This document shows, piece after piece, positions 1-12,662 of a stretch of DNA of 64,000 bases. Source of the DNA: Pseudovirgaria hyperparasitica (Eukaryota). The notes beneath the pieces are model-generated. The model was not told the DNA's origin and searched no databases. It saw only the letters and a program-made list of their open reading frames with translations. Numbering within the stretch: position 1 is the stretch's first letter; every line of letters starts with the position of its first letter. The position numbers and the translations under genes are program-made. Location: assembly GCA_010093815.1 (NCBI GenBank), contig ML996566.1. The stretch is one strand, 5' to 3'.

Positions 1-591
1 ATAGTTTCGTTGTGTATTGTTGATCATGAGGTGCATGTGGGATCTGAAAAAATCGGCATGAAAGGAATGTATTGCGGTAGGCACTAGTCTCGGCATAGCT
101 TGAGACACGAGGCTCTCACTCCAAGTTTTGGGAACATGTGGTCTGGCCGTAGCCGCGAGAATCCCTCAGCGGGTAGCTCAATGCTATCAGTACATCTACC
201 TAAAAACCATTCATTACTTCTTTGCTACACGCGACCAATGTTACATAGGAGCCTTCAATGTCTTCTCCGTCCGTCCCGCCAGCGAATTTCAATGATCACT
301 CTGGATGAATGCGTGCCATTCCAGAACTAGCGAGCATAGATGTGCCAATGACTAGTTCTGTGTCCCAACTATGCCTATGTCTATATTCTGCGATGACTTA
401 AGACAATGAACGTGTTAACCTCATGTGAAGAAGTGTTTGCGAACGGACAGAGCACGAAATGTAGTACAGAACATGATCCCGAGCTGAAATTGATGAAACA
501 CAACCAGTAATCTGAGCTTTCTTGCCAACATATTTTTCTCATTGATCGCCCAAACGCCAAAATTGCAATAGCCTAAACTGACACAGCTTCC

Positions 592-1891
592 TTAATCAAC
601 TGGCGCATGTTTGAAGAGGAACGACACACTCTCCCCGTTGTGGGTCCGGCGACACGCTTCTGCAAGCTACACAGCGGGTCAGTAGCTGCAATAGGCAAGA
701 GGATGTGTAATCCTGGTTTGCGAATGCCTGATGGATGGGGTTGTAAAGCTAGTGAGTCTGAAGGCAAGCATGACAGAATCGTGAAAAAGACATGTGTAAC
801 AGACACTATAAAAGTGCACTTACCGTAGGGCTGATATCAATGGTCTCGATTTTGGAGCACAACTCCTTCTTTTCTGTGTGGGGGACGGTATTGGTCACGA
901 CGATCTTCTTGAGCTTGCTGTCGTTCAAGTTCTGGATTGCATTACCACTCAAAACACCGTGAGTGACGATTGCCAACGCCTCTTTCGCGCCGTGTTGAAT
1001 GACTACATCAGCTGCCTTGCATAGGGTCCCGCATGTGTCAGCGATATCATCAACAATAATAGCAGTCTTTCCAGTGACATCTCCGACCAGGACCATTCGT
1101 GAAACCTCATTCGGTCTCGGGCGTTCTTTGTGGATCAGAGCGAAACCCAAGTCAAGACCGTCCGCTATAGAGGTTGCTCTAGAAATTATGTTAGCTTCGA
1201 TGACAATACAATACAGAGATCGGGGTTATGGGGAGCCCAATGCACACCTTTTAGCTCCTCCGGCATCCGGACTAACAATGACTGCGTCCTGAAGCGGAAC
1301 GTGTTCCCGGATCCAGCGAAGGGTACTAGGTTCGGCGTATAGATTGTCCACAGGGACATTGAAAAAGCCTTGGATCTGACTGGCATGTAAATCCATAGTG
1401 ATTACATGGTTACAGCCTGCGGTCTGCAACATATTTGCCATGAGCTTGGCGGTTATAGGAGCGCGCGACTTGTCCTTTTTGTCCTGGCGCGCGTACGGAA
1501 AATTGGGTATAACAGCCGTGATCCGACGGGCAGAAGCGGTCTTGCATGCTCGTATCATGATGAGGAGCTCCATGAGGCCATCGTTGATATCGCCGGGGGC
1601 GGTGGACTGGAAGACGAAGACTATAAGACGTTCAATTAGGAGCGCGGGATGCAAGCAGAATATATTGTACACACCATCTTCATCACGAACCGACTCTCCG
1701 ATGGTTACAGAGGTCTCTTGATTAGAATATTGAAGCACTAACAGCTTGGCCAATTCGATGCCCAACCTAGGTAACGCGTAAGAAGCCAGGTGAGGGAAGT
1801 GAGCAGATCAAGGCGCATACCGATCAGCCACCAGCTTCGCAAGGGTGGGATGACTGTTGCCAGTAAGCAACTTGATTGAATTGGAAGCCAT
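592..1891 (-). CDS. PRS2: Ribose-phosphate pyrophosphokinase (PRPP synthetase, Prs2/Prs4 type), 5 exons
   Basis: [15 protein letters not shown] start (ATG 1891), [51 protein letters not shown]-binding loop. Last exon [24 protein letters not shown] follows GT-AG intron 823..667. Paralogue assignment is less certain than the family. Confidence 0.95.
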
Positions 1892-3008
1892 AACGATATG
1901 GCAATGGTGTGGTGGAGGAGAGCGGCGTTAGCGTTAGCATGTTGCAAAGATAGAAGCTCGTGAGAAAAAAAACCTCTTGGAAGATGAGTCGTCATGGGTG
2001 CCCGGAGCAGGCCGAGCCTAAAATTGAATTCCAGTTGAGCCGGCCGTGCAGCATGCGGCAGGTGGGGAGCTTGTGACTATCAAGACAGCTTTGGGCCGTT
2101 GGGGTTAGGGCCGGTTTCGGGGCAGCGGGGTTACAGTTTCTCCTGACTCAACACCAACAATACACTACCATTCTCCTCCTCCACACCCACACCTACACCC
2201 ACCGCGTGCCTCTCCATCTTCCAACGGCTCTAGGATTCACACGTTAGGTAGCCGTTAGGTACAGTTGCAGGGTCCCTTTTGGCCCCCATGAACGCCTGCA
2301 CGACACGCCCTTGAACGTCATCTTGCCCGCGCCTTTTCTTCCTCCAGCTATCTCCGCCGTTTCAGAGCACCTGCATACCCATTGGCTCTACCCCTCCTGC
2401 TTCCCATCTGCGTCGCTGTGGACGCAGCCATAATAAACAGCTTCTGGCGTCGCATACCATTCGGTTGCAACTGAGCCTATCACTTTTCTTAGGGCTTCAT
2501 ACAGAGTACGTTCAATCGGAGGCATAACACGAGACCGGCAACAATTTCAGAATCAAGTAGTATGACCTCATCAAATATCTGATGTATTATTTACCGTCTA
2601 TTGTAATACCTTGGACAGACTCCTGTTAAGGTATCAAGCTGCGAAGACTTGGTGACCAGGGTTGCCGTCCATCCCGCACTCCTCATAATCCTGAAACAGC
2701 TGGAGGACCCATGGTCAAGAAAATAGCTGTAACTATTCTTGTCTACTATAAATACTCCCAGTAAGTTCGGGTTCCGGACGCAAGCTCAACCACCATACAG
2801 GAAAAAAGAAAAATATGGGTCAAGCCGCACGCTCTAGAATATCGCGCAGCAACATGAGTCATGAAGATTATATCTGTAGCCGTGCACGACGACTTTCAGA
2901 CAGTATAGGCCGTGCCCCCTGTGAAACGCCCAAGAAGAGCGATCACTAACCGGGTCGTGTGTACAAGAAACCATTATGATGGGTTATGTGCCGTGTAGGC
3001 GGTAATGA

Positions 3009-4597
3009 TTAGGCTGAGGGCTCGCACAGCTGCCCGATGGCTTGTTGGATATCCGAGAAAAGGTCCAGAGCCCGACCGTCTGCGTAGATCTTGATAGACT
3101 CAACCTCTCTCCGCTCGGGACCTCTTCTTGGGCTGTCTACCTTTATAGGGCTTCTCGGTGGTGTCGTGGGCGTGACGACCATAGGTCGACTATGCTCTGA
3201 GTCGAGAAGTAAAGCAGCTGCAACATGTTCTAGCAATTTCTGACGAACTCTGAGGCGGCGATTCTCGGCCTGTTCAAGTTTGAGAATCCAATCGTCGATT
3301 GATGTATCGAGCTCAGCAAGTGCTTCTTCCTGTTTGAGCAAACTTTCGCGGCTGAAAACGAATTCGGTCCGCTTTAAGTAGGATATCATACGACAATGCA
3401 GTTTCTGTCGTCCATCCCGTAGGGACTTGTAAGTTTTTCGCAGGTATTCACAGCGCTCGTCAAGTGCACGTAATTCCTGTACGGAGTCAGTATTAGAAAA
3501 AATCTTTTTGAGATATATGACTAACTCTCGATAGCACAGTAACATCCTTTTTGTGTAGAACGGCAAACTTCTCAGCTTGATACATAGATTGTTTGTGCAA
3601 GCTTGCTCTCTCATCATCTGGCAGATGAATTAAGGCTTCAGACAAACGGACTCCAGGTGGTAGATGCCAGGTGTCAGTTTGGGCGCTTTTGCCCGTCTCG
3701 GAACATGTCCGACTTCTTTCTCTGTTAAGCTGCTTATACGGCCGACCACGGTCCATAATGGTATTATCTGACTGATTGCGACTATGCAATGGCCTCGCTT
3801 GAAGGCTTGAATTCATTTCACTGATGGGTGACTTTTTCCGTTCTGTTGCTGACGCGATCGCTCTGTGTGATATTGATCCGGCACCTTGCGAAAAGTTTGG
3901 GGATCTTCTGCCTTCCAGCGCTGGGGCACTCTGTGGGCCCGCTGGGAATAAAGGCGCTATCTTGCCATCACTGTTCATTCTTCTCAGAGCTGGAGAGCCT
4001 CTACGACTCATCAAAGGAGATTTTGGTGGTGGTCTGGGTGGCACATCGTTGTCGTCATCGACAAGAGTGGTCTTGGTATCAACCTTCAACACTGGCCGTG
4101 GTACTGCGGTAGGACTCAATATAGGAGATAGCGGCTTCTTGGAAATTTGGGATGTGTATGGAAGGGCTGCAGAATGTGGACTGTCCGAAGTGAAGATATC
4201 TCGATTCCAATGATCGGGACGTAGAGGTGCTGGACCTGTAACACACGAAAGTAGTGCATCTCCAAACGGTCCCTGATGCCAGGCATTGCCTGGAGCACTA
4301 CTGCATCTCTCGTGTCCAACGGGGACCGCCGAAGCGCTTCGTAAGAGGGCAGGTCGTCCCGGTATCGTTGCTTTACAGGTTAGACGATAGCTTGCGAATA
4401 GAGAGTCGACACTTACGAGAGTCGAGGGAATTTTCTTGGACAGTAGCCATGGCCGCACTCAATTCAGGCACACTGACCTTTCTTCGTCGATATAGATCCC
4501 CGCCCCACGGTTTCATTTGCCAGATAGATTGATGATGCTCCAAGGTCACGGCTGTGTCACTGAGCGAACTCGGCGAGCGACCTATAGCCAAAGCCAT
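3009..4597 (-). CDS. Uds1 (up-regulated during septation 1) domain protein, 3 exons
   Basis: GT-AG introns 4416..4371 and 3525..3477 join ORFs in frame. C-terminal coiled coil LSRELRALDERCEYLRKTY...LEQAENRRLRVRQKLLEHVAAAL matches the fungal Uds1 domain as I recall it. Start codon uncertain. Confidence 0.8.
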
Positions 4598-7455
4598 AGC
4601 TCTGTCTGGGCTGATAAAAGGCTGTGGAGAGGATGATGGTACTTTTTCAAGAGGACGCTTTGGAGGATATGAGGGCCTGAGTTGATATATGATTTGGCGA
4701 GAAGCGGTAGAAGTGCCCAAATGGGAACCCCTCTTGTACAATTTTGAGGAATCTTTTCCTGTGGACTAGTAGGGGAGTCAGCAGGAAGAACAGGACGAAG
4801 GATGGGGGCTGATATAAAAGAGTCTATATATGGCGAGGGTTCGACTCACCACGCGAGTGTCGCTCGGATGGACTATTCCGTATGCAGCACCTGGTTTATC
4901 CTCAGGAAGCCGCATACAATTGGCGATGTGTGTCATGGTCGAGGCCTCTGGGAGAACTTTTCTAGTATGGGATATCTTGTGGACTATACGCTGGTGAGAC
5001 TCGGCAAGCTTGTGCATCAAACCCGGGCGGTTTTCCCTTGCAACAGTGGCAGACAGCAACCTTTAAGGGTGGGTCTTAAAACGACTATTGCCACAGGGAC
5101 AGCTAGCAGCGTGGAAGGCCTGGCTCAAGCTTAGGCTCAAGCATCCAAGCGAGCATCCAAGATCCAGCCAAGGAAGTAAGCAAGAAGTGAAAGAGCTGCA
5201 GCCCTGGTCTTAAAACAGGGAATGGCGTTCGCTGCACCAAAGATGTGGGGAACAGGCGGCAGGTCGATACATAGTGTAGTCGAAGCACACTACACGACCC
5301 ATTGGATAAGAGTTTGATGCTCTCTAGGCAAGTATTAGAAAAACTCACTGACGTCGAGACCATGATGATTGGGCGGGACCATCTACCCGACACTGCCCAC
5401 GACGAGTTCTCTAGCCGGCAAGGGCAAAGAAGGATGTTGTTTTGGAAGTCTGCCATTTACCGGAGACTAGTAGAGTATACTTCGGCCATTTCCAGATTAG
5501 TGAGATGGTGCGTATGGAGTGAATGGTCATTTTGAGGTAGAAGAAGCGCGAGGCGAACAGGGATTAAGAGAGGCGGGAGGGGGTTTTAGGAGTGTCACTA
5601 GTAATGATATACCTAGTTATAGCTGACTTTGGCAATTGGCTTCATGCAATCAGCAGCACACAAGTACATAAGTGAAACGGTTGTCTTGTTTCCCGTAGTA
5701 GCATGGCCGTCGCATCCTACCATCATGACCCAGTCGTAATGTCAGCAAGTGGTTCTTCTTCTCTTGTATGAGAAGAGACCTATGTAGTGCAAATTGATAC
5801 CCTTTTCGCATAGTTTATCGTCACTAGCCACAAGCTGCACGGCCCATTTAATCACTGAAGTTATCTTCGACATTGTTGACAAGCCATACTAGTCTTAACG
5901 ACGTTAAAGCCGAGAAGCTTGCGCTACATAATGTCCCACAGTGGTGTTTACCCTGGGATTAACACCACCGACTATTCTGCTTCTCAACGAACATATATCG
6001 AACAAATGGAAAAGCAAGTCAGTGCAGTCCCTAGGATGGCCGCAGAGAAGTAGGCTGGGGATAGGCTGAAACATGCGGATTCGCTTCCCAGTCCAGCACG
6101 TTGACCCGTCCCGCCTGTGCCTGTTGAGCTGCACCGTGATCCGTCGACTCGGCCAGGTCTTCCCTGCCCCCAGTCCTCCGTCCTCTATCCCAATTCTCCT
6201 TCCCCTGATATACAAACCTACGCTGATTACTACAAGATAGCTTACTACGACTTGCTCGCCTGATCTCTCGCAATCGCTTCAACCGTTTACTGTCCTTTGA
6301 TACGTCTCGATCTTTGCCTCCTTGTAATGGCTTGCGCACCAGCACCAGGATATAGGCCTCAGATCAGATATCGATCGATCGTGTGCTACTTGCGTCTGAA
6401 CTCGTACAGAACGCCGGCTCATCCTGGTACTTCGTCCTTGCAGAACACATCTTCTCTGTCGTGCGCCATCGTCTTCACTCGGACATGTGCCCGATCCTAG
6501 CTCTGTAGGCTCGCTGCGACGGAATACTCTCATGGATTCATGGTTAGTGTCCGGTGCACGTATAGCTTCATCTATATGGCCCATGCTGCAGCTCCCGGGG
6601 ACGGGAGCTCGTGCTGTCATGGATCATGACCCTGTGTCACTTCAGACAGAGGCCTGGTACCTTTTTATCTGGGGTGCTGCATGGGCTCCTCGTGTCGATT
6701 GTTGTTTGTTCAGACCAATCTACAAGTGTGCTATTCTACTCGAGTGACATTCATGGTGGGCCCGATTTTCGTGTCCGTCAGAGATCAGCGGTGCCTGATT
6801 AGCATGTCAATCAGTTGTTTAGAGTTGCGCTGACGTCTTTTTGAATCCTACAGAAAGGCATATACTATTTTGGGCCTATGAATGTCGAGATGGTTTCATC
6901 CGACATGCCCTCAAGACATGTCCCGCAGAGCAAGTGCTTGCTCGATATCCGCTTTCTCCCCAATTTCGCAAAACAATCACGCTTCTCCACTAGATCGCCC
7001 ATACAGCTGACGGTTAAGATGTATTTCGCGAGCTTGTTCACGGCATTCCAGCCCGTGGTCCGTGGATAAGAGGCATGAAGATCTGTGGAATCAGTGGGCT
7101 GCACCAAAGTCAGGTTTCACCATTTCCTACCTACCAACTATGTCTAGATGTTTGGACAAAGTCTATGTTCCTAGTGTGATGACTGCAAAGAAGCATCGGT
7201 CCAAGACATTCCAGGTTTCTTTAAACGCCACGCTAGATTTGACAATTGGTCTTTAGATCGCCGTTATCCACAAATAAGGCCATTTGCGCTTTGGTCTTTT
7301 TGTGTCAATACGCGTGGTAGTCCTGCTATGTATGTGCACGCTCCAAAAGCGTATGGACTTTATGCTTCGCGGTCTCTTGGAGATAGCGAAGCCATGAAAG
7401 TGTGTTCGGAGGCCGTTGTGTAACATTGGACCCTTTGTCCGTCCAAAAGACATGC

Positions 7456-9480
7456 AGAAAAATCAGCGCACAGTGTGTGTATGTTCAAGTCAGCATGCAA
7501 AGCCCCGAGATCCAAACAAGGCAACAAGACTGATAAGCAGCGCCACGAGGAATATCACACAGCATTCCTGCGTGTGCTGAGAACAACACGCAGGTGTGGC
7601 CGCAGTCTAGAACGATGCCCACGTTTGACACTACAGGCTATTTTCGAATCATAAATCCCCCATAACTCCTCTCACTAACACACTAGCTCAAAATAGGCTC
7701 GTCCGTACCGGCAGATGCGACAGGCGCCTGCATAGCAGAATTGCTGGGTTCATGACTAAGTTAAGGAGGAGGCACTGCACTATCAGTTAGAACTATGGCT
7801 TTCGCGGACTCCCGAACAAGGATGCATGACACGCGGTATAGGTCACATTCGACTTTCGACCCACCGCCAAGTCTCAACAGGTAAAGTCGATAGTCACGGA
7901 TCATCAAGTTATCTGATTCAATCAATAACTAGCATCCTTTGTTTTTGTCGCCCTATATTCGCGCTTCGAATACTTTGGTCGGAGAGTAGAGCCGGAAAGT
8001 GGGGACTCTAACCTGAAGCAGTAAGGTGATCCGGGGCCGACAACAGATCTGACACTTGGACTGCGACCGATAAAGTTTGTTGTCAATCCTTCAGGGTCAC
8101 ATTCGTACCTGGATTTGCATTCGAGTACTATGAGCGATTCTTGGCGCGTACTCGACGTTCATTTTCTCTCATCTCTCCTATCAAACTAATATGATTACTG
8201 CCAGCGATTTCGTCTTGACTTGTAATGGAATCAGATAATATTCGTCATCAGTAATCAAGCTCGCTTAACACCATTGCCCGGGATCAGGGTTTGTGCCCAC
8301 GAGTCGAGAGCGCGGAGCAAAGGACCACAGCAAATTTGGCGGGCCGTTCGGAGCGCGGCGAAGCTGGTAAATGTTATCATGATCCCGCCCTCACGACCTG
8401 TTACCTGGGTCACTCTACTTGTACCCCGCACATACTATTCCAGGGGTTCTTCTATTAGTGATTGTAATTGCTATAACTGTGGGGGGCTACTTCCCAATGT
8501 TTGGATTATTGATTACCGAACCGGGTAAGTGGTGATACATATCAAAGTTGAGGAAAGGGGTGGCTGAACCTTGAAAAGCCTTAAATGACGTCGCGTGCAC
8601 GAATTTATGAACTTTATCACGACTGTGAAATAGTTGTGGACGGTTTCACGGTACTTCTGATTCAGATTCCCCTACTAATTGTCTGTTCTAGGCGACAGAT
8701 CAAAGAAAGATAGATCAGAGTTTCACTGGGCTCATCCACCATGGTATCCATCTAAACCATAGCACAGACAAGAGTCAATGCAGCCTTATTTCAGTGAACT
8801 ATCTTACATAATGTCATTCAAGCCAAAGAAAGAACCGTGACGATAACAAGATACTTTTCGGGTAGTTACCTCGGTAAGGGAAGTCCCACTCGCTACCATT
8901 CTGTCGGGTAATTACACAGTCAGCTCAATTTCGAGGCGGATAGTCCCACGCCAATATTTATATAGCTTCTAGGCAAGGTTCACTGCTCATAGAAGCACTC
9001 TGCCCTGTTTTTGTTGTACAGGCGCAAGCCACGCACGTTCCTGTAACCGGAGCCGCAGTCGTGGCATTATCTACCACCAAGCAACCTCCCACGCACCGCG
9101 TGCGCCATATGCAAGCACAAATCATGATATCACCAGCTTGAAACGTATACCCTTTGTGTCTGCCTGACTGTAAACACAAATAGGACCGTTAGGGTTGTTT
9201 CAGATGACCTAGTCTCCGTCTCACGAGGTGTTCCAGGCACAGCCCTCTGGTCTTGTCCCCAAGACTCGATATGGTTGGTCGTCCACAAGTGCCGTGAAAG
9301 AAGATTCCGGCTTTCCCAGCTTTTCGGTACCAAGTCACTTGTCATGTCAGGGTGCACGTACAAGATCGCCAAAAGTGCGAAAGCTAGTACAAACTTACCT
9401 TACGCTTGGTAGTCTACTACCAACACAAATAGGCTCGTGATCAGCCTCAGAGTCCGTGAACGGACGTGCTTGAACAATAA
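7456..9480 (-). ncRNA. TER: Candidate telomerase RNA (TER), ~2.0 kb
   Basis: Gene-free interval. Template AACCCUAAC at 9196-9188. Long imperfect helix 9395-9340 with 7831-7785. Terminal pairing 9476-9469 with 7489-7482. Three-way junction 7608-7527. AUUUUU-CU-GCAUGU at 7463-7450. Many G-U pairs form only on the minus strand. Ends are approximate. Confidence 0.72.
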
Positions 9481-10578
9481 GCGTAATTCAAGATTGGTAA
9501 ACTAGCCTCCACGCTCTGGTCTGAGAACTGTCATCGACGTCCGTGTGTACAGATGAGCCTCAATCAAAAAACGTGGCCCCCATTTCCCTGCTGACAGGAA
9601 TACAGATGGACGAGTGATGACAAAACAAAAGACAGAAAGGTGTTTACAAGCATTTGCCCGCTTTGTGGTTGTCGTCAATTGAGCCCTCTTCCTACCCTCG
9701 TCTTCGAAAACCCTTCTTGACGATCATTTGACGGCGTCTGTATCGGGCAGTCCTCACTGATCTCGTAGAGCCAGATTAGACATACATTGAACCCCTGTTG
9801 CAGCCTCTCCGAGGCCTCGAAATGCTTACCACGACACCAGTATTCTGACTATGAGCATATAGTAGCTGCATTTATGCTATATTTACAGATCTCCACCGCC
9901 ATTTAAGCTGTGTGTGCTCTCACGAGGGTGACTAGACATGCAGCGAAGCATCTATAGTCATATCCATGACAAATAATGAGTTCCATGATCCTGATCAGTT
10001 GCTCACAATCTTTCACATCGATCGTTTCCGATGTACCACTATCAACAGGACAGTGTCGAACATGAGATCGTGGAAGCATGGCCAGATTCGTGGGTGTACT
10101 ATATTTGTCACGCAATTATCGACCGTCCTAGTATTTGTGATGATGGAATTCTCCGAGAAGTGATGCTATCGACGGCTTTTGTCTTCATAAGCCATTAGTT
10201 CCTTGGAAGTGACTCCTATATTGGTGGTTTAACGGCTCCATCTGATGGATCTGGCATGGTGAGGTGTCCTTGTATGGAAAAGATACGATTTGCACTGTGT
10301 TCTTGGATGAAAGATGGAAGCGATCGTTTGTGAGAGGGGCAGGGGGAGGTCCTACGTACTCCTGTCAACAAACATATATGAAAGCGGAAATTCATAGCTT
10401 GGCCTTGTAGGTACTTTGGACTCATGTTAGCATGACAGAGCATGATCGGATACGCAATTCTGGAACTCTGGCATAATCCTTGGTCGCCTGAGTTTGTACC
10501 TGGATTATACATATCGGCAGTCAACGTCTCTTAATATTCATACAAACAAATCTTCTCTTCTTACACATCCCAGCATCC

Positions 10579-12327
10579 TCAGCGTATCTCGACTCCCAGT
10601 TTCTCAACCAGCTTAGTCTTGATCCCTTCATGCATCCTGTTTGCCTCCACGTTTGTTAACGTACGTTCCAGACTACGATACACAATGCGATAGCATCTGC
10701 TCTGGCGGCCGGTCTTCGGGTGCGTGAACGAGTCTGTGAGTCGCACGTCTTCAACGTCGGCGCCGGCTTCGTTACGCACAATTTCCATCAGGTCGTTTTC
10801 TTGGAATAGCGCCGGGGTGGCATCAGCATTGGCAGAGCTTCCCGTCGCTTCTGCACCACCGGCAGATGAGGCTGAAGATGTAGCAGTTGGCTTTGAAGTC
10901 TCGTGCGCGGCTTGCTGGGAAGAGGGAGTTTGAGGAGTAGGTAGCCAGAAAGCGACGTCTTTGGGACATTCGGGATATTTTGAGAATGGTACAAAGCGTG
11001 TGAATCCTTTCTTCTCCGCCGAGAACTGGGAAAGGAACCGGTTATCAGCCGACCAGAAAAGTCGGATGTCTGGGATCGAGAAGAGTAACATGGCAATACG
11101 CTCCAGGCCCAGCCCAAACGCCCACCCATGTCTTGACGGTACGCCGGCATCGTTCAGGATGGACTGCTTAACGATTCCTGACCCGAGCACCTCGAGCCAA
11201 TCACCTTGCCAGAAGACCTCCAGCTCCCATGAGGGCGACGTGAATGGGAAGTACGCCTCGACCCAGCGAATCTTGAGGGGTTCCTGTGATTCTCGAATTG
11301 CGACCTTATCGCCCGAGCGGACGGCCGCGTCGCGCGCTGCGTTGAAGATAGTCACGACAACATCCTCCAACGATCGCTTGAGATGGGTGGCCATAGCCTT
11401 GCATTCGCCTTCCGAGTGGTAGTCTGCCTGCAGTGGGTTCCCATCGTGGAATGATGGATTTGGGTCCTCGACCTTTACGTCGTGGCGTGGGATCTTATCG
11501 ACTTCTCCCCAGATATGCTGTTCGAGAGTCGTGCCAGATGGCAAGGAATTCCGATCCCACGTCATTGCCCCTTCCATTTGGTGGAAGACAGGATAGTGGC
11601 TGCGATCCACAGCATCTCTGCGGTACACGTCTGCTGCGATGAGGTATCCATCGCTTTGATTTGCTCGAAATGTATCTAGCTGGTGAGCGGACGTATGCGT
11701 GCGTAGAACTGTATCTTTATTGATGTAGTATGTGTCAGATTTTGCTCGGCCAGGGTGGTCACCAGGGAAGCCTAAGGAGTCGAAGTTTTGAGCAGTAGTC
11801 ACGATTGGGGACAAGTTGTTGTGGTACTTGTAACCTGGAAAACGTGACTCGATGAGTGTCCGCGTTATGGCGAGAGGGTGGTCCGGTTGTAGATGCAGGC
11901 GGCGTGAGATGGAAGACAGTATGCTAGGAGTAACATTGGTCCAGTTGTCGGTCTGTTCTGTGCGGCCTCCAATTGTTATGGATGTGGATGCTGATACTAT
12001 GGTTAGCAGGAACAGGGGCATTGAACACCGAAGCGTGATATGTGACAAGCCAGGCGAGTGTCTGCCACGACAACAACATCAAAGTCCCAATTGACAAGAT
12101 CATCCATGTATTTATGTGTTTGTGTTGTATAACTCCTCGACGATAACGAGTTTGATAGATATGATGAGTTCGTCGAGCATTATTGGCATGATAACTTGAG
12201 AACGTAGCTTACCTGAAGATGAATAACGACATTGGGAGCATATCCACGGGTAGCTTGCGGGTTTCACATGCGTTACTGCACGTTCTACGGACCGTAGAAG
12301 TACATTTGGCCGTACTCTCGACCTCAT
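10579..12327 (-). CDS. MSF1: Mitochondrial phenylalanyl-tRNA synthetase, 2 exons
   Basis: LRTHTSAHQ, DVYRRDAVDRSHYPVFHQMEG, YFPFTSPSWELE, GWAFGLGLERIAM and a C-terminal anticodon-binding domain. Arg-rich presequence in exon 1. Intron 12212..11991 (GTAAGC...GCTAAC...CAG). Confidence 0.95.
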
Positions 12328-12662
12328 GTTTGATGGATCTGATGACGATGTTTATACGCCGGATGCGAAAACTCGGACTAGCGTCCAAGCTCCGGACTCC
12401 CTTGTCCAGGGGGAGTTTTCAGCCCTATCATCGGCGACTCATCGGCGAACGGCTATCGTCCATTTTATTTCCGACGCTAGGTATCGGCCTTTGCCGTCCT
12501 CGGCTGCCATTTTGCGCCGCCAGCTTCTGGAATTTGACGATAGCTCACTGCGACATCATCCACGCTTATTCACTCCATCACCCCTCCTCTCGCTCGCGCC
12601 TCTCCTTCCTTCTTGTCGACACCGTGCAGCATTCAATTGACTTTGTATATGCTGCAAACACC

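Noticed and set aside
667..823. Longer-than-usual last PRS intron (157 nt) as a snoRNA or nested-intron host
   Set aside because: No C/D boxes, convincing H/ACA hairpins or internal donor seen.
2221..2300. Two short hairpins (AACGGCT/AGCCGTT; TGCAGG/CCTGCA) and a single GGGTTAGGG at ~2102 upstream of PRS
   Set aside because: Short stems with no recognisable RNA family motif; consistent with chance or ordinary promoter sequence.
4778..10524. Many 60-120 aa ORFs in the intergenic interval
   Set aside because: Mostly non-ATG starts, no recognisable motifs and no coherent splice pattern. Part of the region is better explained as ncRNA.
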